A stretch of DNA of 64,000 nt from Neoconidiobolus thromboides FSU 785 (lineage: Eukaryota > Fungi > Entomophthoromycota). This document shows, one piece after another, positions 50,954 through 62,210 of this stretch (its first letter is position 1; each line of letters starts with the position of its first letter). The stretch covers positions 62,001 to 126,000 of the forward strand of contig MU626266.1 of the NCBI GenBank assembly GCA_025603075.1. Reading direction: 5' to 3'. Under the pieces are notes generated by a model. That model saw only the letters and a list, made by a program, of their open reading frames with translations, was not told the origin of the DNA and did not search any database. Both the position numbers and the translations under genes were made by a program.

Positions 50954-52288
50954 CTATATACATATCCAGTTTATCTTTGGATTGTTTTCTAATTCATTAT
51001 AATAAATTGACTTCTTTACTTTAACAGAAGTAACAAGTAATAAGGAATAAGCAAGGTTAAAATTGATATTTTCATTTTTGGCCGTCAACTTAAAATCTTT
51101 AATTTTAACCTTTTCAAGATTGGGAAATAATAAAGATAAACAATACAGCTCATTAAAATAACTATTAAATTTATTGATTTCAATTTGCTTTATTGATTTA
51201 CATTGAATTGCTTTATATTCTTGATCACACTCTTCATTGTTTATCAGATCAGGTTGGTTGAATTCCTTAATAAAACAAAAGCTTACAATATCAACATAAA
51301 TAGTTTGTATATTTAGTGATAAAGAAATTGAATATAACAGTTCTTTTGAGAAATAATCAATCTTAATTTCTTTTAAAGTGGATAATTTTATAAAATCATA
51401 ATTGATCCTACCACATTTGCTAAAAAAGCCTAAGGAAACAACGTTACTATCCTTCATTAACTCTATATTATTATCTTTATCATTCATATTAAAATATGAT
51501 TTATTAACATCTATCAATTTAATGCTTTTGAATTTACGTAAGTCTCCAAAGCATCTAATATTAAAAGCATTATTACAATCATTATGTAATTCCCCTTCTA
51601 TTTCTAACTCTAAATTAGAAGCAAAATTTATATTAGGGACGATATTACTAACAGTAACAATTGCTCTCTTTGATTTCAAACATAGAACTCTCAGATTATT
51701 GAATTTCTCTTTAATAACGTCTAATCCGTTAAGATGTAAATTGCAGTTATAATTTATTTTAAGTGACTTTAAGATGTTTGGATTTAAATAATTGGTGATG
51801 GTATCAAAACTTAAAACATCCCCTAGGAACTCAACTGCTTCAGACTGATATAAATGTTTTTTCAAGATATCTAAAGGTTGTAAAGTAGTACCTAATTTTA
51901 TTGTAAACCTTTTCAGCTTTGGAAAAATTATGTTTATTTTATTATTATTGTCGAGTGAATAATAAAAAAGTCTGGCTTCAAAATATATTGAAACCAAATT
52001 TGGGCAATAATTTAATAATTTAAGGTCATCATATTTCACGTTTTCATTTATGTTTATATGTTTCATTAATATACCATTCTCTTCAATAAACTTTTCTTGA
52101 TAATATCGATATTGCTGAAATTCTTCTTGGTTATAAACTGAATAACTTAAGTTGTATTCAATAACTCTACTTGCAATTACATGCAAATATTTACTCAAGA
52201 AGCGTAACTCAAGTAACTCAACTGGATCTAATAATTTGAAAATTTCTTCTAATAAAAGATCTGATAATAAATCGAGTTTTAATGACAT
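50954..52288 (-). CDS. F-box + LRR/RNI-like protein (array member 3), 444 aa, intronless
   Basis: Same architecture as member 2 (LDLLSDLLLEEIFKLLDPVELLELRFLSK ... LFPNLEKV). Confidence 0.85.
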   Translation of the reverse strand: MSLKLDLLSDLLLEEIFKLLDPVELLELRFLSKYLHVIASRVIEYNLSYSVYNQEEFQQYRYYQEKFIEENGILMKHININENVKYDDLKLLNYCPNLVSIYFEARLFYYSLDNNNKINIIFPKLKRFTIKLGTTLQPLDILKKHLYQSEAVEFLGDVLSFDTITNYLNPNILKSLKINYNCNLHLNGLDVIKEKFNNLRVLCLKSKRAIVTVSNIVPNINFASNLELEIEGELHNDCNNAFNIRCFGDLRKFKSIKLIDVNKSYFNMNDKDNNIELMKDSNVVSLGFFSKCGRINYDFIKLSTLKEIKIDYFSKELLYSISLSLNIQTIYVDIVSFCFIKEFNQPDLINNEECDQEYKAIQCKSIKQIEINKFNSYFNELYCLSLLFPNLEKVKIKDFKLTAKNENINFNLAYSLLLVTSVKVKKSIYYNELENNPKINWICI

Positions 52289-52327
52289 TTGAAGATAAAA
52301 TAAATTAAAAAGTAAGAATGTGAGTTT

Positions 52328-52418
52328 GGAGATGTGTTTTTTTAAGAATTTTACTAATAATCTTTCTGCTCAAATAGCGCTTAAAAATAGAAAGAGTGAT
52401 GAAACCAAAAATATCCTC
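52328..52418 (+). mobile_element. MITE copy 23, 40 bp upstream of the member-3 ATG
   Basis: Consensus match; AGTTT on both flanks. Confidence 0.85.
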
Positions 52419-53672
52419 AGTTTATTTTTAACTGTAACAATTTCTTAAAATTTAGACTTACAAAAAAACAAGGTAAAATAAACAAGCTATTATTGGCTAA
52501 ATTAAACAACGATTTTTGTGACTTTTTTCAACTAATTAGCTTTTGAGCATTAAATTTATTTTTTAAAAATCTCAATAAAATAAACTCTCAAGTGTTCTAT
52601 CTTAAATTAATAAGTATTGAAAGGAGACAAGCTAAGAAGAATCAGAAGGACTTTAAAACAAGAATTTTCAAGTCAAATCCAAGGCAAGGGAACCAATTTT
52701 TATAGATTAGCTATAGATAAGCATAACGACAAATTACATTTAATGGCTTTAAGTTTTAGCTCACATAATTTTGATAGTATAAAAAATGGATAAAAAGACA
52801 AATGGAGGTACAATTCTATATTTATCAGAAAGATTTATGTACAAGAAATATATTTGCTACTGTCTATTTAGTACAATTAAAGCATGAAGAAAGGAAGGAA
52901 AAGAACACAGTAGAATGTCAAGTAGTTGGATATGAGGGTAATAATTTTAAAAAGATTACAAGGGGAAATTCATAATTTATGAGTGAATAATAAATAGAAA
53001 GGTAATCAGTCATTTTAATATTATTGATGAGCTTTGATTATAGGTGTTTAATTGTGATTATAATATTTCAACGCATATATTGTCATTAAGTTAATAAAGG
53101 CATCAATAGTAGAATAAAATAAAATGTCGTGTTTTTAAATTAAAGAATAACGTAATAAATAAGCAAAAGAAGGTAATAGCTGTTTTTTTGTATTGATAGC
53201 AATGATAGATTCTAACCTGTGGTAAATAAGTTTGAGCTTATCATTTGTAAACATTTTAATAATTGCGTTTTTTTTGGTATTTTATTATAATAAATTTGTT
53301 AGTTGTGTTTAATATGTATTACTAACATACTTAATAAAGTAAATTTAAATGAAATAAGAATGCAATTTAAGGTAGACTTTCTATTATATCTATGATAATT
53401 ATAAATAAAAGTAATACTTGAAATTTATCCCAGTACATATTCTAATACTCATAATTAAAGGATTGGAGTTTATAAAAGTCATTATTTCGAAAAGACTATT
53501 TTACATTAAAACACATATAGTTGTATTGAATAATGGTATCAAAACTAGATAATAATGTTATTCAAGCATGAACTAAAATATAAAAAAGCATAGTTTAAAG
53601 AAAACTTTAAAAATAAGTCTAATAAATGCTTTATTTCTATAAAAATAATACAATGAATTTGACTTTGATTTA

Positions 53673-55004
53673 TTATAGCCATACCCAATCTATCATTGGA
53701 TTTTCATTTAACTGATTGTGAAACCTTGTATTTTTATAAAGGAACGGTATAATAATTAATAGATGGGTTGTAAGATTAAAATCCAAATTAATATTAATAT
53801 CAACACTATTGTCTTCAATATATTCAATCTTGAGTATTGCAAGGCTTGGAAATAGGAATAAAAGATTCGTAATTACATTATATCCATTAACAAAATATCC
53901 AATTTTAGCTTGTTTAACAAATTTACATCGTAATGAATAATGTTTTTCATCAAATTTTTCATCCTCATTCAATTTGAACTTATCATGTATGTCTGTATAA
54001 CTATCAATCTGGCCAATATGAATAACTCTAATATGTTGCAATAAAGAAATCGAGCTTAACAATTCTTCAAATAAGCGAGTAATACATACATCTGTCAAAG
54101 TGGATAATTTTAAAAAATCTTTATTAACCTGATGCTTGGAATCAAAATAACCTAAAGTAATAATATTGCTATCTTTTGCTGATTCTATAATTTTCTCTTT
54201 ATTATTAATATCAAAGTAAACCCCTGGCCCATTTATCAATTTTATGCTCTTTAATTGTTTTAGAATACCAAAATACTCAATGTTAAAATTACAATTAGCT
54301 CTTTCTTTAATGACCAGATGTAAGTTAGAGCTAAAGTTCACATTGGGGTTAATTTTAGTGGAAGTAAGGATTGAACAGTGGGATCTCAAGTGTAACACTT
54401 TCAAGTTATTAAATTTTGATTTAATTACATCTAGTCCGTCACAGTCTAAATTATAAAGAGAAAATAATTTCAATGACTTTAAATTATTTGGATTAAAATA
54501 GCTGATAATGTCCTTGATAACTAAATTACATCCTTCATATTCAAAGTCTTCAACTTGATTTAAATAATCTGCGAACATACCTAATGTTGGTGAATATTCA
54601 AATAAGCTTAAAAAGAGCTTTTTTAATCCTGGTAATTTTACCTTTGGTAATTTGAAGTCCACAGTAACCCCTTGCTGATCGAAATCATCATTGAGATCAG
54701 GCTCAAACTTCAATGATATTAAATTAGGACAATAAGTTATATGATCAACAATATTTTGATTTATAATAATATGCTTCATTAGCGGTCCATTTTGTTTAAT
54801 AAAGACTTCTTGAATATGTCGATATTCTTCGAAGCTATAATGGTGGTTGTAAACTGAGTAGGTCAAGTTAACTTTGATAGCTTTACTTGCAATTCCAAAT
54901 AAATATTTACTTAAAAAGCGCAACTCAAATAATTCACCTGGATCCAATAACTTGAAGATTTCCTCTAGTAAAAGATCTGGTAATAAATCAAATTTTAGTG
55001 GCAT
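53673..55004 (-). CDS. F-box + LRR/RNI-like protein (array member 4), 443 aa, intronless
   Basis: Same architecture (FDLLPDLLLEEIFKLLDPGELFELRFLSK ... LFPSLAIL). Confidence 0.85.
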   Translation of the reverse strand: MPLKFDLLPDLLLEEIFKLLDPGELFELRFLSKYLFGIASKAIKVNLTYSVYNHHYSFEEYRHIQEVFIKQNGPLMKHIIINQNIVDHITYCPNLISLKFEPDLNDDFDQQGVTVDFKLPKVKLPGLKKLFLSLFEYSPTLGMFADYLNQVEDFEYEGCNLVIKDIISYFNPNNLKSLKLFSLYNLDCDGLDVIKSKFNNLKVLHLRSHCSILTSTKINPNVNFSSNLHLVIKERANCNFNIEYFGILKQLKSIKLINGPGVYFDINNKEKIIESAKDSNIITLGYFDSKHQVNKDFLKLSTLTDVCITRLFEELLSSISLLQHIRVIHIGQIDSYTDIHDKFKLNEDEKFDEKHYSLRCKFVKQAKIGYFVNGYNVITNLLFLFPSLAILKIEYIEDNSVDININLDFNLTTHLLIIIPFLYKNTRFHNQLNENPMIDWVWL

Positions 55005-55100
55005 CAGGTGTCTAATAATGTAAAATATAAAAGAAAAATTGGACTATTGATTTAAATTCGTGATTGTAATTTAAAAAGGTAAAATTGAACATAAGGATAT

Positions 55101-55275
55101 AGCTATTAAAAAATGAAAATGGATGCTTCAGGAGTGCTTTCAGCAAAAAGATTTATAAAAACTGCATTTTACTTATAAAGCCTGATGCAAATTTAACTGA
55201 ATTGGTATAGTTTTACTTTTTTTTATTTTTTACTGAAAACACTCCTGAAGCATCCATTTTCATTTTTTAATAGCT
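55101..55275. repeat. 175-bp hairpin element with ~49-bp inverted arms (outer 36 bp perfect)
   Basis: AGCTATTAAAAAATGAAAATGGATGCTTCAGGAGTG at 55101-55136 is exactly complementary to 55240-55275. Confidence 0.9.
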
Positions 55276-56143
55276 GGAACTTTCAGCTTCCCAAAGTTAA
55301 ATAAACAAAACACAATTTTTAATAAAACTATAAAACTACTTATAAAAAATAATATAGTACAGTAAGTAGTAATATCAATAGGATTACTATTTTATAAAGT
55401 AAAAAAATAAAAAATAAAAAATAAAAATTTCTTATTAAGCCTTATTTACTATTTTTTGCAGCTTTTGTTATATAATCTGATAAAATTTGACAAAAATTAG
55501 AAAAAATAGATTACAAAAGCATGTAGTGATATCCAAATTGGCTTCATTTTTTTTATCCAATTTTGAAATATTTAATGTTTTAAAAGCTTTATTTAAAGTT
55601 CTGTAAAGATACACAACACAGTTTTAGTCTACTTTGTTATAAGTTATATTATAAGTTAGCAGGATTTTTGCTAAATTTGATAGTAATTCCAGGATTAGCA
55701 AGGTTTTTATCAATACAATCTATATATTAATATTAATCAAAGCTGTAATATGTAAATAGTTCCATGCCTTTGTAAAACTTTGTTGAGAAATATCAATTGT
55801 TAATTGTTTTATAGTTAACATTAAAGGTTTGCTATCAAATAAATAAAATATTTTAATGTTATAATTACATTATTAATATATTTATAAGTCAATAAATAGC
55901 TATATGGGAAGGGGTGGTTAATCACAAAACTATAATTAATTGCTTTTATATAATATAAGCAATGTAATAGTAGTTTTTACTTGTTATTATAGTTACCTGC
56001 TCTTTAACTATTTATTAATTTAGCTATTAATAATTTAAACAATATTAACATTTAGTAATTGATCTTTATTATTTAATAAATTATCTACTTCGTTAATAAA
56101 TTTTTAAATTTTATTTTATTTTTGTAAAATAAGCTGATGTAAG

Positions 56144-56935
56144 ATCTGGTACTCAGAGGTTGGAGTCAAAAGATCTTAGTCTATGTAACTAAGACAGACT
56201 TGGATTATGAAGAATAGTACTTGATATGCTACAGACTAGGTAAGACAAATATGGTAGACAATACTACTCTAAAATCTACATGAAGTATTATCAAAAAGAT
56301 TTAATGACTTTATTAAAGATACGAGATATTAGTGAATAATTCAATTAAAAAGCCTCAAGTTACTATGTTCCAAAACTTCTATTACACTCCAACAAGTATA
56401 GATATCAAAACAGGAAGATAAGGGAGTGTTTTTTTGACTTCATTGTTTTTCCCATTTTTTAAGCACTATTTGAGCGGAAAAATTATTAGTAAAATTCTTA
56501 AACACAAATACATCCCCATAACGTCCTTTGGAATTACATGAGAAAAACTCTCATAGTGAATCAAAATAAGAGCTTGGGATTGATTGTGCCTAAACTTTAG
56601 AACACAACAACTTAAGTGATTATTATGCTATAGTAATCATAAGCCTGGTAAAGCAATATTTCACAAAATAGACCTAGATTAATAAAAAAATAGCATATAG
56701 TAAGCTATAAATTATACAAGGCAAACAAAATAAAGGATATCATTATAAAATTTATACAAAACACTAGTAAAAAAACTTAATAGCTTTATTGAAAACACAA
56801 TAAGGAGATAATTGAATAAAAAAGCTTTAAATTATTATTAATTTTTTTAAATATTCTAAGTGATTATGTATAAAAAACATAATAACGGTTATTTTTTTAT
56901 TATAATTGCCAAGTATAGGCATTAAAATAAAAGAC
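56144..56935 (+). repeat. Diverged duplicated segment (copy B), paralog of 43170-43915, with MITE copy 24 inserted
   Basis: Collinear similarity to copy A; lacks ~37 bp that copy A has between two CAAAAG microhomologies. Confidence 0.75.
56422..56517 (-). mobile_element. MITE copy 24
   Basis: Near-consensus copy; TSD ATAA/ATAA; empty paralogous site near 43478. Confidence 0.9.
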
Positions 56936-57109
56936 TCTGAATTAATTATGCTATATAAATTATAGTCGAATTGGTCATTATGTTATAATTAATCATAAAG
57001 CTAATAAAGTGATGTTCTACAATATAATGTGATGTTATAAAATATAACTTAATAAATATAGACATTAACTTCAACTTATCATAATTAGATTAAACTTGAT
57101 GTTTATGAG

Positions 57110-58532
57110 ATATTTCTAAATAACATCTTAATATTATTTACATTATAAAATTCATTTGTTGTTTTTTAAATTTGATAGAAGCAAAAGTTAATAAAAGAGT
57201 AATAATTACAAGATTAATATTTAAAGCTACAGATTTGTTTGATGGATTAATTTTTCTAATTTTAAAATATTTAAAATATTTAAAATATTTAAAATTTCAA
57301 AATATATATGGGGATGTATTTTTGTGTTAAGAATTTTACTAATAATTTTTCCACTAAAATAGTGCTTAAAAGATCGAAAAAGTAATGAAACCAAAAAAAC
57401 ACCCCCATATAATAAACCAACAAGAAAATCATAATAATTATTAAAATATTTAATCCCAATTTGCGTTACAAAGATACACTGGGTTAATTTATGCACTTCA
57501 GTATATAAATCATTGCTATTTTGTTTCTTCTTTTCAAATAGATGACCAATATTCTCTAAAAAACTAATTTGGGTATATTGCGTATTTGGCAGTAAAAAAA
57601 TCAAACTTGATAGCTCTTTGGGTAGTGAACCAACATAAAACTTTTTCAAAGTGGACAATTTTAAAAGATCCGGTTACATGAGTAGTTTGATTTAGAATAT
57701 TCTAATGCAGTCATATTGATATCTTCTATTAGCTTTAAAGTTTCTTTCTGATAATGAATAGCATAAATTTCATTTGAGGTACTCTTTAACTCTATGCTCT
57801 TTAATAGTTTTAAATTGCCAAAGTATTCACTATCAAAGCTACAATTAAGATTGTTCTCAGTTTTTAACTGTAAATATAAACTAAAGTTGATATTTGAATT
57901 CATGTTAGAAGTAGTAATAGCTAAGCTAAGCGCTTTTAGCTGTGATTTTCTAACTTATTAAAACTTTGTTTAATGATATCTAAATCCCTACATCATAATA
58001 TAAATATAGCATTTAACTTCAGCGACTTCAAAACATCTGAGTTCAAATACTTAATAAGATCTTTGATTATTGTTTCCTCTTCCCTATAACAAAATATTTC
58101 AATTTGATTTGAAATAAGATTTAAATAGATTTAATGAAGAAGAACGCTCATATGAATTTGTGGTTAATTTTTCAAGTAAGGTAACCCAATTTCTATTTTA
58201 ATCTTATCAATATTATCTAAACTACTATCGCTGCTATATTGAACAGATGTCAAATCGGAGCAATAACTTAAACATTTAGTATCACCATTGTATAAATTTA
58301 AATGTATCATTAACACCTCATTTTGTTTAATAAACTCCTCTTGATAATATCGATATTGTTGAAATCTTTTCTGATTATAGATGAAACGAATTAAGTTGTA
58401 TTTTATAGCACTAATTACAACTCCGAACAAATATTTATTTAAAAAGCGGTATTCAAGTAGTTCAGCTGGACCTGAAAATTTGAAAACTTCCTGTAATAAA
58501 AGATCTGATAACAAATTGAACTTCAATGACAT
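57110..58532 (-). pseudogene. F-box/LRR pseudogene (array member 5), frameshifted, carrying MITE copy 25
   Basis: MSLKFNLLSDLLLQEVF start; broken into the ORF pieces 58164-58532, 57661-57903 and 57227-57658, which align with successive parts of the intact paralogs; 3' end approximate. Confidence 0.8.
57310..57406 (+). mobile_element. MITE copy 25
   Basis: Consensus match; TSD ATAT/ATAT. Confidence 0.9.
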
Positions 58533-59160
58533 TTGGTGACAAGCTGAAATAAGCTTAGCTTTAATAAAAAAGATCTGATTTAACTTCTTCGAATACTTTT
58601 AGTTCATCATATACTTTTCATAAATATAGTTTATTGTAAAGTAGTGACGATAAATCAGTCATTTTTAAATAAATATTGATAATTGCTATGATTAATGTTA
58701 GTTAATTATTGTAAAATATTAAGTATATTTACCAAAAATACATTATAATGCATTGAATTATTGAATAAAGTAACCAAGTTTTAAGACCTTTCATATTGAG
58801 GCTCTATTTGAAATAAATACCAAACTAAATAAACTTTTCTAATTAATTAAACTAAGTCCAATATATGTCTTTATAATATCGATACTCCAAAAAAGTACTT
58901 ATTCAATTATATAAACTATTGAATACAATATTGCTTATTTATTTCATGTTTTTTATATATTCTATGATCATGTTTATTACTTAATTATATTAATATTGAT
59001 TTAAGTCCAACAAAAAAATCTATTTTCAAGGTATAAAAAGTGAACAATGTTTTTTAGAAAAGATTATTCCAAAAAAAACGTAGATCGGAATCTTGAATTT
59101 CAACTTTAAGTTAAAAATTAAAACTTACACTTTTTTTTGGAAACTTTTTAATCAATTAAA

Positions 59161-60144
59161 ATGTAAGCTTTTTATCACTTTTCTCTTGATATTTCACTAA
59201 CAATGCATTCAATCAATTAGGTCTGAATATTGGGTTAGTGGTAAAAAAATTTGGTGTAAATTTTGTAAGATATTCGTCTACGATAATAAACCAGTAAGTT
59301 ATCGAATTTCTATTTCAAATTTAACATAATAATCTATTCATCATTGCTTCAAATCACGATATTGCTAAGCTAATATTTCTTTTTTTCCACAGAGTCGTTT
59401 ACGTCATGATAACAGTGAAAAGCATAAAGTAAATGTAGCTCGATATTTAAAAGATGTAGAAATTACAAGTAAAACAAAAAAAGAAGAACAAAGAAAAGTA
59501 GATTTAGAGTTAAAAAGGATCGAAAAGGTAAGTAAAAAGAATAATAATTGATGACTGATTTTTTATTATTTATTGAGTCAATTTATGGAATGTTGGAGTC
59601 CTTTTTTTTTTATTGAGTAATTTTCAATTTTAATTAGATTGTAGGCTCCAATTTTACCAACACTTCAATAACAAAACCTTCATCTTCAGCAACGAACACT
59701 TCTTCAGCAATCACTATACAAAAACCAACTGCTTCCACTCCAACGATCAAAAAGAAAGCTGTACAAGAAGTACCCTTGATAGCTCCTAAAGTACCTTTAC
59801 CCCAGCCTAGTTTAACAGAACAATATGAAACTATTAAGAAAGATAAAATTATACTAGAAGGTAAAATAGGTAAATGGGAAATAGTTACAGAAAATAAAAT
59901 GGAGACGATAGAAGATGAAAAGGAACTGAAAGATGGTGAGGATAAAGAGGATGGAATTAAAGATCCAGAAGATTTAAGAGAATTTCAATTTGAAACTAAA
60001 AAAGAAATTGGTGAAGTGGAATTACCTGAATTTTTAAAAAAAGATGCAATAAAACTAGAAGAAGGAGGGGAGGTTGAAGGTATAACAAATGGATTCAAAA
60101 AGAGAAAAATGGGGAATCGAAATTTGCGCAAAAAAGAAGAATAA
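59161..60144 (+). CDS. U1-C/matrin-type zinc-finger splicing factor (WBP4/FBP21-like N-terminus), 4 exons, start codon split by an intron
   Basis: Spliced protein MSEYWVSGKKIWCKFCKIFVYDNKPSRLRHDNSEKHK; last exon starts 59638 in frame with ORF 59776; ends FKKRKMGNRNLRKKEE. Confidence 0.85.
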
Positions 60145-60251
60145 AGTTGAAAAATATTTTAATATAAATTAATAAAAGATATAAAAAAATATAAAAAAAT
60201 AAAATAATAAATAATAAATATTTTATTTATTTATTCGATAATAAAAACTAA

Positions 60252-62149
60252 TTATTGGAATCCAAAAGCATCTTGAATTAAATTTAATTCACTCAAAATT
60301 TCCAATTTTAATTCACTATACAATTCATTGTTTAACCTATAATTTCTTTCTTTTTTCACCTCGATCTTCGTCTCCACTTGTTCAAATGTACTTATCTCAT
60401 TTCCAGCTATTATAGGCGATAAATTAGGTGAATTACTTGCACTTGTATTGTTGATGCTATTATTACTTTTACCCAAATTTTGACTTTGATTTTCATTTAA
60501 CTTATCTAATACTAAATCCAAATTCAACTGTGGCATACTATTTTCTTTATCATTATTTTCCATTGCCTTAGTACTCGATAATTTTGTAGAAAATCGGAAA
60601 GACTTTAATTTGGAACTTTTACTATGATTTGTTCGAGTTTCAATCGATGTTTCAATTACAGAACCTTGAAAATTATCGGATAATTGAGACATCGGTATTG
60701 ATATTGAATCATTTGTTTTGGAGTTATTAGAATGAATTCGACTCATATAAATAGGTTCCAATTCGTTATAGCATACTTCTAATGATGAATATTGAACTTG
60801 ATTAATTTCTTGCTGGAATTCATGAATGAAAGATAAATTAGGTAATTTTTTCATAAATTGAATTATTGTTTTTGTTGCATAATAATATACTTGATAAGGT
60901 AATAAATTATTATTATTATTATTAAATACTGGATTAAAAATAGTAGATTTCATAATAAGTATCAAATGGTTAATTATATTGAAATGGTTTAAAATAGTAT
61001 TGTCAATGCAACATTGTAATAAAAAACATTTGATACCAATAATACTAATTAAATACATAAATGAATTTAATGTTCGATTTTTATCATTTAGATTAATATC
61101 TTTTTTAACTATCAAATATTTACTTATTATATCCAAAAAAAAGACATTAAATTTCATATTTTCATTATTATTATTTTTCTTAATAAACTTTAACTTACAA
61201 TAAAAAGGAATTAATATAAATTGAAAATTCAACATATTATTTTGATCTAACTTCATTACTTCTTCAATAGCATTGCCATCTTCCTTATCACTTAATAATA
61301 ATAATAATTCAACTATAGAATTGCCTAGTAATTGAGCAGATTGAAAATTTTTTAACGTCAAACTTTCTATACATTTTTTACAATCTCTTAATATATTATG
61401 TAATATAGGAACAAAAGGTACTGTTCCATAAGTATCATGATTAGGTGCAGTATTCTTAATTAATTCAATAATTCCCATAATTAAATTAGTTAATTTATCT
61501 GGCTTATTACAATCATTAATAATTGTTCTTATTATTGTTAGTAAATTAAAGCTTAATTGTGCTTTTAATATTGGATCTAATGTAGTCTTAATAATAAATT
61601 GAGTATAACATTCAATTGGATAACAATTCTTTAACAATTGATAATTATTTTTAATAATTGACTTGAAAATAATCATTAAAGCTTCTTGATCTTGTTGATT
61701 TAAGCTAATACCACAATACTGTAATTTACCAATTAATTTAATAACTTCTAACTTAATTGTAATTTTATCATTTTGTTGCCAATGTTTACCATAATTTGAT
61801 TGCATAAAATTACTATTGTTAATATCCTCATCCATTTCATTATTTCCCATTAACTTAGAAAATAGTGTTTTCTTCTTTGAAAACTTAGTAAATACAGTTA
61901 ATAAAGATTTAATTCCTAATTCCACAATTCCAGAACTTTCAATATCTCGTATAAATAATGGTAATAAATAACTTAAAATACTAACAAACTGTTCTGATCT
62001 TAAGGACCCTGGGTCATAAGCTATAATTGTAATAAATAATTTGAAACAATTTGAGATTGAAAATGGTCGAAATATTTTAACATCCCCTTCAATATCTGAT
62101 GATTTTGTTTTTTGTAATATTAGTTGATTTAAATTAATATTAAAATTAA

Positions 62150-62210
<61 letters not shown>

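Noticed and set aside
57261-57297. 9-bp tandem repeat (TTTAAAATA) and similar short AT tandem repeats (for example 23704-23732)
   Set aside because: These are ordinary slippage products inside pseudogenes.
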